This document shows, piece after piece, positions 29,386 to 39,901 of a stretch of DNA of 64,000 nucleotides; positions within the stretch are counted from its first letter, which is position 1; each line of letters begins with the position of its first letter. Location: the NCBI GenBank assembly GCA_963666345.1, contig OY762721.1, forward strand, positions 96,001 to 160,000, in the 5' to 3' direction. The notes under the pieces are model-generated. The model saw only the letters and a program-made list of their open reading frames with translations. It did no database searches and was not told where the DNA came from. The stretch comes from Desulfatiglandales bacterium. Lineage in GTDB: Bacteria > Desulfobacterota > DSM-4660 > Desulfatiglandales > Desulfatiglandaceae. The translations under genes were made by a program, and so were the position numbers.

Positions 29386-30465
29386 ATGAAAATTAAGTTT
29401 GTTATCGGGATGTTCGCTGTTTCTACCTTGCTTCTACTGACCCTTACCAGCTTACCGGTCGAGGCGGGGACTGAGAAGATCGTATGGACCGCACAGTCAA
29501 GTTATCCTGCAGGCCTTCCGCAACTCTTTGCTCCTGCTGCCAGTTTCGCGGAAAAGATCAAAAAATTGACCGACGGACGCCTGACCGTGAGGATGAATCC
29601 GGGTGGGGCCATTGTTCCTTCAAAGAAGGTTCTTGACGCAGTTAGTGCAGGGACCCTTGATATGGGATGTACCTGGGCTGGCTGGTGGATAGGTAAATTT
29701 CCCGCCTCCGTTCTTTTCGGTAACTCTTTCCCGAACGGACTCCAGATGAGAGAGATGCTGAGCTGGATCTATTCGGGTGGAGGTCTTGAACTTTGGAACG
29801 AGATGTATGAAGGTCATGGACTGGTGGTATTGCCTCCTTACGGAATGCTCGGGTCTGAAAACTTCTGCTGGTCCAGAAAACCTATCAACGGCCTTGAGGA
29901 TTTTAAGGGACTTAAGTTCAGGACCGTAGGGATATGGGGAAAATGTCTGGAGCGTCTCGGCGCAAGGGTTGTAAGTCTTGCCGGAGGGGAGGTCTATCCG
30001 TCACTTGAAAGGGGAGTCATAGATGCCTGTGAGTTCGGTACTCCGGCCATTGACAAAAAAATTGGCTTTCATGAAATATGCAAATATCTCAAACTACCAG
30101 GCATACATGAACCCTGCGCCCCCCTTGAAACTCTGGTCAACGAAAAGTCTTGGAACAAGCTTCCTGATGATCTCAAATATAAGGTCGAGGTGGCCTTGAA
30201 AGTCTCCTGTTTTGAGGCCGTCAACAAGATTATGAAAGAGGACGCGGAGGCAATGGCCTTTTTCAGGAATTATAAGGGGCTTGAGATCAGCAAGCTTTCC
30301 CCTGAGATCATAAAAGAAATAGTGAAGATCGGAGATGAAGAGCTTGATAAATTTGCTAATAAAGATGCATTTTTTGCAAAAGTCCTTGAATCTCAAAGAT
30401 CTTTTAGGAAACTCGTAGAACCCTATGCAGAACTGGTCAGGCTTCCCTATCCTTATGCTGAATAA
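29386..30465 (+). CDS. dctP: TRAP transporter substrate-binding protein DctP (TakP-like)
   Basis: Signal peptide, GLKFRTVG and GGEVYPSLERGVIDACE. Confidence 0.9.
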   Translation: MKIKFVIGMFAVSTLLLLTLTSLPVEAGTEKIVWTAQSSYPAGLPQLFAPAASFAEKIKKLTDGRLTVRMNPGGAIVPSKKVLDAVSAGTLDMGCTWAGWWIGKFPASVLFGNSFPNGLQMREMLSWIYSGGGLELWNEMYEGHGLVVLPPYGMLGSENFCWSRKPINGLEDFKGLKFRTVGIWGKCLERLGARVVSLAGGEVYPSLERGVIDACEFGTPAIDKKIGFHEICKYLKLPGIHEPCAPLETLVNEKSWNKLPDDLKYKVEVALKVSCFEAVNKIMKEDAEAMAFFRNYKGLEISKLSPEIIKEIVKIGDEELDKFANKDAFFAKVLESQRSFRKLVEPYAELVRLPYPYAE

Positions 30466-30527
30466 TGTTAGAGGGGGGTATGAGCCCCTCACTGCCCCCC
30501 TGCAAATTGATTCAAACGGGTCTTGAC

Positions 30528-31082
30528 ATGAAAGATGTGGCCGTGGACAAACAAAATGGGGCAAAGGGGTTCTGTTCATCCTTCGCCCGGTACCTTGACA
30601 AGACAAGCGAGATAGCAGGTAAAGGGTCTTCCTGGCTCATACCTTTATTGATCCTGGAGTTGATGTATGACACCGTGGCCAGATATCTTTTTAATGCACC
30701 CACTTTCTGGTCCTATGACATCTCATACATGCTTTACGGAACGGTTTTCATGGGAGGGGCTGCCTACACTCTTCTGCTGGATGAGCACGTTCGAATAGAA
30801 CTTATATATGAAAAGGTGTCGCCAAGAAAAAGGGCTATTATCGATATCATCGGATATCTCCTCTTTTTCTTTCCCCCCATCATGGCTCTCTTGTATTTCG
30901 GCACCGAGTTTGCCTTCAAATCATGGAAGATGCTTGAGGGTTCAGGCGAAAGCATGTGGTCTCCGGGCATATATCCCTTTAAGACCGTTATACCGATAAC
31001 GGCACTTATGCTTCTTTTACAGGGAATAGTTCAGTTCTTCCGTGCCTTGGTCTCCCTTTCAGAAAAGGGGGAAGCGGGTTGA
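30528..31082 (+). CDS. dctQ: TRAP small permease DctQ
   Basis: Four TM helices, ARYLFNAPT and EHVRIE; start uncertain. Confidence 0.88.
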   Translation: MKDVAVDKQNGAKGFCSSFARYLDKTSEIAGKGSSWLIPLLILELMYDTVARYLFNAPTFWSYDISYMLYGTVFMGGAAYTLLLDEHVRIELIYEKVSPRKRAIIDIIGYLLFFFPPIMALLYFGTEFAFKSWKMLEGSGESMWSPGIYPFKTVIPITALMLLLQGIVQFFRALVSLSEKGEAG

Positions 31083-32407
31083 TAGCAAATACCGAAATAC
31101 TTCTCATAATACTGTTTGCAGGCCTTATTGCCGGGCTGTTGATCGGGTTTCCCGTACCCTTTGTCATGCTGGGTATATCACTGATCGTAGGGGTGCTCGG
31201 AGTGGGGCACGGGTTTTTCAACATGATGATTCTCCGGGTATTCGAGACAATGGAGAATTATATCCTGGTTGCCATAATTTTGTTCGTATACATGGGGATA
31301 ATGCTTGAGCGCTCAGGCGCCGCCGAGCGTCTATTTTCTTCCACCCATATTCTACTCGGCAGACTGCGCGGAGGTCTGGCACTGACCGTGGTCGCTGTCT
31401 GTACTATTATGGCGGCCGCAACAGGCATAATGGGCGCACCGGTAATTGTTATGGGACTTTTTGCGCTTCCCGAAATGTTAAAAAAAGGCTATGACAAGGC
31501 CTTGAGTTCGGGGACCATCTGTGCGGGAGGCACACTCGGAATTTTGATTCCACCCAGCGTAATGCTTGTGGTTTACGGCCCTATGGCAGGGGTTTCCGTT
31601 GGAAAACTTTTTATGGCCGCTATAATCCCCGGTTTGATACTGTCAATACTTTACGCGACCTATATAATCGCCAGATGCGCCTTAAACCCTGAACTGGGCC
31701 CAGCTCTTCCTGTTGAGCAGAGAGACTTCAGCGCGGGCAAAAAATTTATAATGGCTGCTACATCAATGGCGCCAACGCTCCTGCTTATATTTGCGGTTCT
31801 CGGCACCATATTTTTTGGTGTTGCCGCACCTACCGAGGCCGCGGCAGTTGGAGCGTTTGCGAGCGTAATACTTGCACTTTTCTACAGACGTCTCAACTGG
31901 GATAGTTTCAAGGAATCGATCTATCAGACCTTAAGGGTATCAAGTATGATCATGTTGATTGTTGCGGCTGCCTTTGTTTTTACCGGGACCTTCATGCTTG
32001 TCGGCGGAGGCAGCCTTGTTAAGGAAATCCTCCTTGGCCTGCCTGTCGGCAAATGGGGTATCCTTTCCATAATGATGGCTGCCTTCTTCTTTTTCGGTTT
32101 GTTTATGGAATGGGTTGGAATCGTTCCCATACTGGTTCCTATTTTTACACCTGTCATTTCGGAACTCGGATTTGATCCGCTATGGGCCGCAATGCTTTTC
32201 TGCGTAACAATGCAGACCTCATTCCTCACCCCTCCGATGGCTCCGGCCCTATTTTATCTCAAGGGCGTTGCTCCCAAAGGAGTGGATTTCGGAAGGCATA
32301 TCGTGGGAGGTACTCTACCATACATAGGTCTGCAGCTACTGGGTGTTGCGCTGGTAGCGCTTTTTCCTCAATTAACGCTGTGGCTCCCGGGCCTCATGAT
32401 AAGATAA
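31079..32407 (+). CDS. dctM: TRAP large permease DctM
   Basis: GTLGILIPPS, PTEAAAVG and SFLTPP. Confidence 0.92.
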   Translation: MIANTEILLIILFAGLIAGLLIGFPVPFVMLGISLIVGVLGVGHGFFNMMILRVFETMENYILVAIILFVYMGIMLERSGAAERLFSSTHILLGRLRGGLALTVVAVCTIMAAATGIMGAPVIVMGLFALPEMLKKGYDKALSSGTICAGGTLGILIPPSVMLVVYGPMAGVSVGKLFMAAIIPGLILSILYATYIIARCALNPELGPALPVEQRDFSAGKKFIMAATSMAPTLLLIFAVLGTIFFGVAAPTEAAAVGAFASVILALFYRRLNWDSFKESIYQTLRVSSMIMLIVAAAFVFTGTFMLVGGGSLVKEILLGLPVGKWGILSIMMAAFFFFGLFMEWVGIVPILVPIFTPVISELGFDPLWAAMLFCVTMQTSFLTPPMAPALFYLKGVAPKGVDFGRHIVGGTLPYIGLQLLGVALVALFPQLTLWLPGLMIR

Positions 32408-32630
32408 CTTATTGCAACTGAGCGGTTGCCATCCCAGAGCTAAGGGTTATAGGATTGACTGCTAAGGAATTTTGAAACAAGGCCTGTGGTTATGAATCAT
32501 AGGATACTGTTTAATGATATGATTGGATGAGAGTATGAAAAAAACACAACCATTGATTATATCGGGAGGCCTTGATTGTCTGCCCTTTTACAGGGAAAAC
32601 AAAAACACAAAACCGATAAGCGGGGGAAAA

Positions 32631-33299
32631 ATGAAAAAGATCCTTGTTCTTGCTGTTTTTATTTTCTTTTCTTTTTCCGTTTCAGCATCGTTCGCCCAGA
32701 GGGCCTTTGTAACCGATTCCTTCAAGATAACCCTACGAAAAGGGCCTGGAAACGACAATAAGATCATTGCATTGCTGCCTTCAGGGCAACAGATTGATAT
32801 AATTGAAAAAAAAGGTGACTGGACCCATGTGAGGCTTCCCGGACCGGATGGAAAGGAGGGTTGGGTCGTAAGCGGATATGTAATAGATCGGCTGCCGTGG
32901 GAAAAAAAGTCCAAGGAGCTTGAGAAAGAGAATGAAAAGTTAAAGAAAAAATTAAACAATATAGAGCAACAGTGGGAAAATTCGTCTGAAAAAGAAAAAA
33001 GGCTGAGCCAGGAATTAATCGCCAACAGGGGGGCACTTGAAAAGATAAAAGATAATTACAGGAAACTGAAAAACGATTCATCGGAATTTCTAAAACTAAA
33101 GGCGGAACACGAAAAGAGCCTGAAGATTCTAAGTGAAACCGAAAACAGACTTGACGCCCTTTTAAAGGAAACGGAAGGCCTTAGATCTTCCCAGAAAAAC
33201 AGATGGTTTGCCACCGGCGCACTTGTTCTGCTTTGCGGGCTTCTTATAGGAGCCCTTGTGGGTCGTCAGCAAAAAAAGAGAAAATCAACCTATTACTGA
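32631..33299 (+). CDS. SH3-domain coiled-coil membrane-anchored protein (YgiM/TIGR04211-like)
   Basis: Signal peptide, LRKGPG...EGWV SH3b-like domain, coiled coil, and C-terminal TM WFATGALVLLCGLLIG. Confidence 0.85.
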   Translation: MKKILVLAVFIFFSFSVSASFAQRAFVTDSFKITLRKGPGNDNKIIALLPSGQQIDIIEKKGDWTHVRLPGPDGKEGWVVSGYVIDRLPWEKKSKELEKENEKLKKKLNNIEQQWENSSEKEKRLSQELIANRGALEKIKDNYRKLKNDSSEFLKLKAEHEKSLKILSETENRLDALLKETEGLRSSQKNRWFATGALVLLCGLLIGALVGRQQKKRKSTYY

Positions 33300-33452
33300 T
33301 GAATGAGGAGATCGGGTAATAATTTAAGGCCCAAGGCCATGGACTGCGAGACCTTTTGACAGACATCCCGTTGGTCTTTTTACTTACGTTCATATCCTGC
33401 CTAATCATACACCCCCATTATATCTTGAGTATCAAAATGGTTTTGATTTATA

Positions 33453-34631
33453 GTGCAGCGCAAATGCAGGAGGATTGTAGATTTGCATCTTGAAACTACC
33501 ATGAAACAGTCCGTGGTTCGGAGGACCGCCAGGAAATTTGCTGAATCAAGGCTCGCAAATGCAGCCATAGAGATGGACAATACAGGTGTCTTTCCCCTGA
33601 ATCTGGCCCATGAGATGGGCCGACTCAAATACTTCGGCCTGGAGATACCGCATGAGTTTGGTGGGGCCGGACTCGACACCCTGAGCAGCGCAATAGTTAT
33701 AGAAGAGATTTCAAGGACAAACGCGGCGATGGGCCTCTGCGTTGCGGTTCATAACGGTGTGGCGGCAACCCCCGTTCACATTTACGGAAACGAAGACCAG
33801 AAGAGGTCATTTTTGCCGGCACTTGCAACCGGAAATAAGATCGGGACCTTCTGCCTTACCGAGCCTAATTCAGGCTCTGATGCATCATCTCTTGAGACAA
33901 GGGCATACAGGCGAGGAAACGGTTATGTGATAAACGGTAACAAGGTGTTCGTAACCAACGGAGGCATATCCGGGATAAATCTCATATTTGCCAGGCTTGA
34001 AATCGCGGGGAAAAGGGACAGCTTCTCTGTCTTTATCGTGGAATCCGATAGAAAGGGCGTTGAAAAGGGCCCGGTTGAGGAAATGATGGGAATGAGAGGG
34101 AATCCGGTATGCTCCATATCTCTTTATGATTGTTACATCCCGGAAGAAAATCTGCTTGGTGAAGAAGGTCAGGGTCTCAGGATTGCCCTTTCAACACTTA
34201 ACGGAGGCCGCATTGGAATAGCTGCTCAGGCCTTGGGCATAGGCCAGGGGGCTCTTGACATGTCTCTCAAATATGCCAAAGAAAGATATCAGTTCGGCAG
34301 ACCTTTATCAGATTTCGGGGCTGTAAAAGCTAAGCTTTCGGACATGGCTACCCGGCTTGAGGCATCAAGGCTTCTCACATACCGTGCCTGTGATCTCAGA
34401 GAAAAGGGACTTGATCACTCAAGACAGTCGGCTATGGCAAAACTCTATTCCAGTGAAAGCGCCGTGGAGGCCACTCGAACGGGGATTCAAATACATGGCG
34501 GCTATGGTTATACCAAGGCCTATCCGATCGAGCGATTGTACAGGGACGCGAAGGTTTGCGAGATATATGAAGGTACTTCAGAGGTCCAAAGGATGGTAAT
34601 CTCAAGGAGTGTCATAAAGGGTGAGAAATAA
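33453..34631 (+). CDS. Acyl-CoA dehydrogenase
   Basis: FCLTEPNSGSD, GGRIGIAAQ, IHGGYGY and IYEGTSE. The true start may be the TTG at 33483, after AGGAGG. Confidence 0.9.
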   Translation: MQRKCRRIVDLHLETTMKQSVVRRTARKFAESRLANAAIEMDNTGVFPLNLAHEMGRLKYFGLEIPHEFGGAGLDTLSSAIVIEEISRTNAAMGLCVAVHNGVAATPVHIYGNEDQKRSFLPALATGNKIGTFCLTEPNSGSDASSLETRAYRRGNGYVINGNKVFVTNGGISGINLIFARLEIAGKRDSFSVFIVESDRKGVEKGPVEEMMGMRGNPVCSISLYDCYIPEENLLGEEGQGLRIALSTLNGGRIGIAAQALGIGQGALDMSLKYAKERYQFGRPLSDFGAVKAKLSDMATRLEASRLLTYRACDLREKGLDHSRQSAMAKLYSSESAVEATRTGIQIHGGYGYTKAYPIERLYRDAKVCEIYEGTSEVQRMVISRSVIKGEK

Positions 34632-34646
34632 AGACAGAGACCTATA

Positions 34647-35456
34647 ATGAATATAGTGGTTTTTATAAAACAGGTGCCTGATGTACCTGCCATCAAAATC
34701 GATCATCAACGTATGACTATCATAAGAGAGGGAGTGGACAGTATCATAAATCCGCTCGACTATGTTGCCCTTCTGTGCGCAAAAGAACTTAAGCAGAGGG
34801 AAGGGGGGCATATGACGGTCGTAACAATGGGGCCTCCACAGAGTGAAGAGGCCCTCCGGGAATCCTTGGCCGCCGGGGCCGATCGCGCTATCCTGCTTAC
34901 AGACTCATACTTTGCAGGGGCGGACACGCTGGCAACTTCTCATGTGCTTGCAAGTGCTGTCAGACGCATGGAACAGTTCCCGGATCTGATATTGTGCGGC
35001 ATGCAGACTGTTGACAGTGATACCGGTCATGTTGGCCCTCAAATCGCTGAAGAACTTGATTTGCCTCAGGTCTGCGGCGTAACCGAAATCCTGAGTGAAG
35101 GCGAACACCTGCTGGTAAAACGTCTCGGTGACGGGTTCCTGGATACCGTTAAGGTTTCCATTCCCGCTCTTCTTACAATTAACAGCGGTTTTCAAGAAAC
35201 CGAGCATCTCTCCCTGGGAGAAGTTGACAAGGCCTTTTCAGAAAAACAGATCGTCTGCTGGTCAAGACAAGACCTTGGTCTGTCCAGAGACGACGTAGGC
35301 TTTAAAGGCTCCGCAACACAGGTCTGGAGACTGCAAAAACCTCCTGCGAGCAAAAAGGCAGAGATAATAACCGGAAGCCCTCAGATCCTTACCGATGCTT
35401 TTGTAAAGAAGCTGGAGGAGTTAAGCCTTGTTGATGAGGAGGACACCGGTGAATAA
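34647..35456 (+). CDS. etfB: Electron transfer flavoprotein beta subunit
   Basis: KQVPD, TMGPPQ, FAGADTLATS and DSDTGHVGP. Confidence 0.92.
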   Translation: MNIVVFIKQVPDVPAIKIDHQRMTIIREGVDSIINPLDYVALLCAKELKQREGGHMTVVTMGPPQSEEALRESLAAGADRAILLTDSYFAGADTLATSHVLASAVRRMEQFPDLILCGMQTVDSDTGHVGPQIAEELDLPQVCGVTEILSEGEHLLVKRLGDGFLDTVKVSIPALLTINSGFQETEHLSLGEVDKAFSEKQIVCWSRQDLGLSRDDVGFKGSATQVWRLQKPPASKKAEIITGSPQILTDAFVKKLEELSLVDEEDTGE

Positions 35457-36444
35457 TAATGCAGGCAAGGTCTGGGTTTTTGGGGACTACAGAAACTATT
35501 TCCAAAATCGGGTGACGCTTCAACTCATAGCAAAGGGGAAAGAACTTGCTGAAACCATCGGAACCGAGCTCTCGGTGGTTTTATTGGGTGAGTCACCTAA
35601 CCAGTATGCGATGGAATATGTGGCACATGGGGCTGACATCATTATTATGGGCGAAAGCCGGGATCTAAAAGAATATCATGTGGAAACCTTTACAGAGGTT
35701 GTGAGCGCTTGGGTAAGGTCATATAAGCCGGATATATTTATTGCCGGCGCCACCTCATTTGGAAGGGAATTCTTCCCCCGCCTTGCCAAGAGACTCAAAA
35801 CAGGTCTCAGCGCTGACTGTGTCTGCCTTGACATCGACCCTGATACAGGCCTGCTGATCCAGACCACTCCGGCTTGGGGCGGGGAGCTTCTGGCAGAAGT
35901 GGTAACGCCGTTTTCAAGACCTCAGATGGCAACCGTTCACCCCGGGATATTCAAAGAGAGGTGCCATGATAAAAGTCGTATCGGAAGGATAATATATCCT
36001 GATATAGGCCACATACCACAGCCGAGAGAAAGGGTCTTAAGGAGCAAACGGTATCAAACCAGAGACATCGACCTTGAAAATGCGAGGGTTGTCGTGGCAG
36101 GGGGAAGGGGTATATGTTCAAAGGAAAATCTTGATCATCTTTTTGAGCTTGCCGGACTTCTTGAAGGGGAGGTGGGTGTTACCAGGCCGGTAGTGCTGGC
36201 AGGGTGGGCAGATGAGGAAAGACTTCTCGGCCAGACAGGAAAAAGCGTCAAGCCGAAGCTTTTCATATCGTGCGGGACATCCGGTGCGCTGCAATTCACG
36301 ACAGGCATAAGGGGATCCGAGACACTTATCGCCATTAACCGGGATCCCAACGCGCCCATTTTTAAGATTGCAGATCTCGGCCTGGTGGGAGACGCCACAG
36401 TCCTTCTGCCATTTATTCTGGAGAAACTGAAAAAACGTCTTTAA
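35449..36444 (+). CDS. etfA: Electron transfer flavoprotein alpha subunit
   Basis: TGLSADC, RPQMATV, VAGGRG, GQTGKSVKP and AINRDPNAPIF. Confidence 0.92.
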   Translation: MNNNAGKVWVFGDYRNYFQNRVTLQLIAKGKELAETIGTELSVVLLGESPNQYAMEYVAHGADIIIMGESRDLKEYHVETFTEVVSAWVRSYKPDIFIAGATSFGREFFPRLAKRLKTGLSADCVCLDIDPDTGLLIQTTPAWGGELLAEVVTPFSRPQMATVHPGIFKERCHDKSRIGRIIYPDIGHIPQPRERVLRSKRYQTRDIDLENARVVVAGGRGICSKENLDHLFELAGLLEGEVGVTRPVVLAGWADEERLLGQTGKSVKPKLFISCGTSGALQFTTGIRGSETLIAINRDPNAPIFKIADLGLVGDATVLLPFILEKLKKRL

Positions 36445-36456
36445 AGGAATGATTTA

Positions 36457-36915
36457 ATGTTGAACGTAAAAGAAAGCAGGGTAAGCGCCTATCACAATTA
36501 TCTGATAAATGGAATGCTTTCACCCTGTATGCTGATCGGTGAGCAGAACGGGGGTAACGGTTTTTATCTGCTTTTTGATTTTGTATCCCCCGGTGGCAGG
36601 ATGCCCCTTGTAAATGGCACGATTTACGGCCCGCAAAAAGATGTCCTTGCAAGGATCAAAGAAAATGAATTGATTGAAAATCCCGGAGCGTGCTCGTTCC
36701 ATTTCATTCAAGGCGACTTTGCCCTTTCAGCCCCTGACAACAAGGCTATCCTGGTGGCGAAAACCCATGAATTTACAAACGGGTATATGACCACAATCAA
36801 CGCAAGGCTTTATGATGAAAAAGGGATTCTCAGGGTAGAGCCCCTGGGTAACAGTATTCAGGTCCATGGCGAAGCAAATACCGCCCTTACCAGATCGATT
36901 CCCCTACACACATAG
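36457..36915 (+). CDS. Hypothetical protein
   Basis: 152-aa ORF tightly packed between etfA and the cinA-like gene, with an AAGGA RBS. No recognised motif. Confidence 0.65.
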   Translation: MLNVKESRVSAYHNYLINGMLSPCMLIGEQNGGNGFYLLFDFVSPGGRMPLVNGTIYGPQKDVLARIKENELIENPGACSFHFIQGDFALSAPDNKAILVAKTHEFTNGYMTTINARLYDEKGILRVEPLGNSIQVHGEANTALTRSIPLHT

Positions 36916-36929
36916 AAAGAATAATTTCC

Positions 36930-38207
36930 ATGGACAAAGACGATAAAACGAGTAGGGCGCATACGGCCGAGTTGACTCTTCCCACCTGTGAACTTGTGGC
37001 CATCGGAAGCGAAATACTTCTCGGGCAGATAAACGATACCAACACGGCCTATCTGGCAAAAGAACTGTCTCAGATTGGAATTACGGTAGAATATCGAACC
37101 GTGGTGGGGGATAGACTCGAACAGATAAGAGACGTGATCAAGGCAGCGGTTGACAGATGTGATCTGGTAATAACTACCGGAGGACTGGGACCGACCCTTG
37201 ACGATATAACCAGGGATGCGGTTGCAGCGGCAGGGGAAGTGCAGCTGGAATTCCGCGAAGAACTCATGGCGCAGATAAAAGAGATATTCTTAAGATATGG
37301 ATTTAAGATGTCGGAAAACAACCGACGCCAGGCCTTTGTTCCAAAGGGCAGTTATTCCGTTTCCAACCGGGCAGGAACCGCACCTGCCTTTATAACGGAG
37401 ATGCATGGCAAACCGGTAATATCGATTCCGGGGGTACCAAGGGAAATGAAGGTGTTGATGAAAGAAAAGATTATCCCATGGTTGAAGAAACGCTACCATC
37501 TCACCTCTCAGGCATTAACATATCAGATTCTCAAGGTTATAGGCATTGGGGAAAGCGTGGTTGACACTATTATAGGAGATCTCATAGTGCCAGGAAGCAA
37601 TCCCGAGGTAGGCCTGATGGCTTCACCGGGGGAGATTACCGTTCGTATCGCTGCAAAGGCCGAAGACCGGCAAAGTGCGGAAAAGGTTATAGGGCCGGTC
37701 CGGGAAGAGATGGTCCGGCGCCTGGGAAACAGCATATATACATATGATAACCGAACGATCCAGGAGGTGGTTGAATCACTTTTAGTCAAAGCGAACCTAC
37801 AAGTTGCATTGCTGGAGACATTTACAGGCGGTTTGATTGCAAGCGCGATGAGTTCGATACCCTCTCAAATGACAAGACGATGCATCATTTTTAACCGAAG
37901 AGACATGCTCGATCAAGATGAGGATGAAAATGTCTCTGGCGTTGATACCGAAAAGGCCCTTTATATGGCCTCCAAAATTTCAAAAGACTATTCTGCTGAT
38001 ATGGGTCTGGCGGTTCTGGGTTTTCCTAAAGAGGTGAAGGACCACATGGAGTTGGAGGGTTTTTCCGCCGCTGTCTTAGGGGACAGTTTTAAATGCCTTT
38101 CATGGAAGTCGGGAGGCGACCTTAAAAGGATTCAGAGACTTGGCACCCTCACAGGCCTTAACACACTGAGGCTTCTTCTGCTGGAGAAAGCCTGTTCCAA
38201 AGACTGA
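36930..38207 (+). CDS. cinA: CinA-family protein (MoCF-like N-domain, degenerate PncC C-domain)
   Basis: IGSEILLGQINDTN, TTGGLGPTLDDIT, GTAP, PGVPREM and GIGES. Confidence 0.87.
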   Translation: MDKDDKTSRAHTAELTLPTCELVAIGSEILLGQINDTNTAYLAKELSQIGITVEYRTVVGDRLEQIRDVIKAAVDRCDLVITTGGLGPTLDDITRDAVAAAGEVQLEFREELMAQIKEIFLRYGFKMSENNRRQAFVPKGSYSVSNRAGTAPAFITEMHGKPVISIPGVPREMKVLMKEKIIPWLKKRYHLTSQALTYQILKVIGIGESVVDTIIGDLIVPGSNPEVGLMASPGEITVRIAAKAEDRQSAEKVIGPVREEMVRRLGNSIYTYDNRTIQEVVESLLVKANLQVALLETFTGGLIASAMSSIPSQMTRRCIIFNRRDMLDQDEDENVSGVDTEKALYMASKISKDYSADMGLAVLGFPKEVKDHMELEGFSAAVLGDSFKCLSWKSGGDLKRIQRLGTLTGLNTLRLLLLEKACSKD

Positions 38208-38234
38208 ACGAGCTTTTACAGGGGGAGCTTGCCT

Positions 38235-39770
38235 TTAAAAGAATATTAATGTGTCTATGATGAAGACAGGGACCAGGAAGATCAAAGAATACTTTATCAT
38301 ATAACCGAAGAAGCTTGGCATCGGGGTGCCGGACTCTTCAGCAATCGAACGTACCATAAAATTGGGTGCGTTTCCTATATATGTAACGGCACCGAAGAAG
38401 ACCGCGCCTGCAGAGATCGCCTTCAGAAAAATGGCGTTTTCACTCATCAGTAAAGGGACCGAATGGGTTTCAGCAATCCCCGGATAAAAACTGCCCAGGG
38501 CGGTATTGAAAAAAGTAAGATATGTGGGGGCATTATCAAGAAAGCTTGAAAGCCCGCCCGTGATCCAGAAATAATGGATAGGCTCCTTGACCGTGGCAAT
38601 AAGGAAGGCCATTTCACCCTTTAAGCCGGCCTTGAGTATCAAAAGACAGGGTGTCATGGTTATAAAAATACCTATGAACAGGTAGGCAACCTCCTGAATC
38701 GGAAACCATGTAAACTCGTTGTCTTCGCGTATCTTCCTTTTTGTTGTGTACAAAGACAGAAGACCCATAATTATGAGAAGACCGTTACGGGCCCAGTCCT
38801 GAACAGGGATATTTATCCCCAGGGTGTTGACCGTTCCCCAATCCACCGTCCCACTCAGCAATACGGAACCGATTATTCCTGCGAGAAATAGAAAGTTTAA
38901 GGTTCCCTGGAGCCTGAGCGGTTCCTTCACTCCGTCTACATCTACCGCTGAAACACCCTCTTTCTTGAAATTATATAGATCCAGCGCAAAATATATCGCG
39001 AGAAGCAGAAAAACGGTCAACAACATGTGAGGCATTATATTGAAGGTCCAGAAAAAGGACACCCCGTGAAGAAAACCCAGAAACAGAGGGGGATCTCCAA
39101 GAGGGGTAAGGGAACCGCCTATATTTGCTACAAGAAAGATAAAAAAGACTATCATGAAGGTTTTGTTCTTTCTGTAATCATTGGCCCTCATGAAAGGCCT
39201 TATAAGAAGCATTGCCGCGCCAGTTGTGCCCATCCATGAAGCGAGCACTGTGCCTATAATAAGAATGATGGTATTAACTATCGGCGTGCCCCTGAGGCTT
39301 CCTTTTAAAAGGATGCCCCCGGAAACGGTGAAAAGTGCCCAAAGCAGGATTATAAAAGGCACATAGTCTACAAGTATTATATGCAGGATTTCGTGAAGAG
39401 CAGGATACCTGTATGCCATAAGAAACGGGACTGCAAGAACGGCCGCCCAAAGGGCGGATACCTTACCGAAATTATGATGCCAGAATTCGGGTGCGAAAAG
39501 CGGAAAAAGTGCTATGGATAAAAGCATGCATGCAAAGGGAATGCAGCTCCACAGCGGCAGAATCTCTCCCAGATTAATATGCGGTTTACCATGGGCGCTG
39601 TCATCAGGGCTTCCCTGGTGAGATTCGTTGTGGGAGTCGCCTGTTATTTCTGTTTGTTCGGCGCCAGCCGGATGATTCGCAGACAAGGCGACGGGAGGAG
39701 AGAATGAAAGGATCAGGGTCACGATTAGAAGAGAGAAAAATGCGTACATCCTCCATAATTTCATTCTCAC
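38235..39770 (-). CDS. IT-superfamily transporter (putative Na+/H+ antiporter or citrate transporter type)
   Basis: ANIGGSLTPLGDPPL, SSFLDNAPTY, TYIGNAPNFMV and MPSFFGY. Confidence 0.85.
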   Translation of the reverse strand: MRMKLWRMYAFFSLLIVTLILSFSPPVALSANHPAGAEQTEITGDSHNESHQGSPDDSAHGKPHINLGEILPLWSCIPFACMLLSIALFPLFAPEFWHHNFGKVSALWAAVLAVPFLMAYRYPALHEILHIILVDYVPFIILLWALFTVSGGILLKGSLRGTPIVNTIILIIGTVLASWMGTTGAAMLLIRPFMRANDYRKNKTFMIVFFIFLVANIGGSLTPLGDPPLFLGFLHGVSFFWTFNIMPHMLLTVFLLLAIYFALDLYNFKKEGVSAVDVDGVKEPLRLQGTLNFLFLAGIIGSVLLSGTVDWGTVNTLGINIPVQDWARNGLLIIMGLLSLYTTKRKIREDNEFTWFPIQEVAYLFIGIFITMTPCLLILKAGLKGEMAFLIATVKEPIHYFWITGGLSSFLDNAPTYLTFFNTALGSFYPGIAETHSVPLLMSENAIFLKAISAGAVFFGAVTYIGNAPNFMVRSIAEESGTPMPSFFGYMIKYSLIFLVPVFIIDTLIFF

Positions 39771-39901
39771 TTACCTCCTAAGTAGCTGACAACTCAGATC
39801 AAATTCAACAAAGGATCAGCAAAACCGGAATTGCTGAGGATCAGCTGTCAAATTTACCGGTCGAAGATGTTAATGTTAGTCACAGCGGTTGAGATGGAAC
39901 T

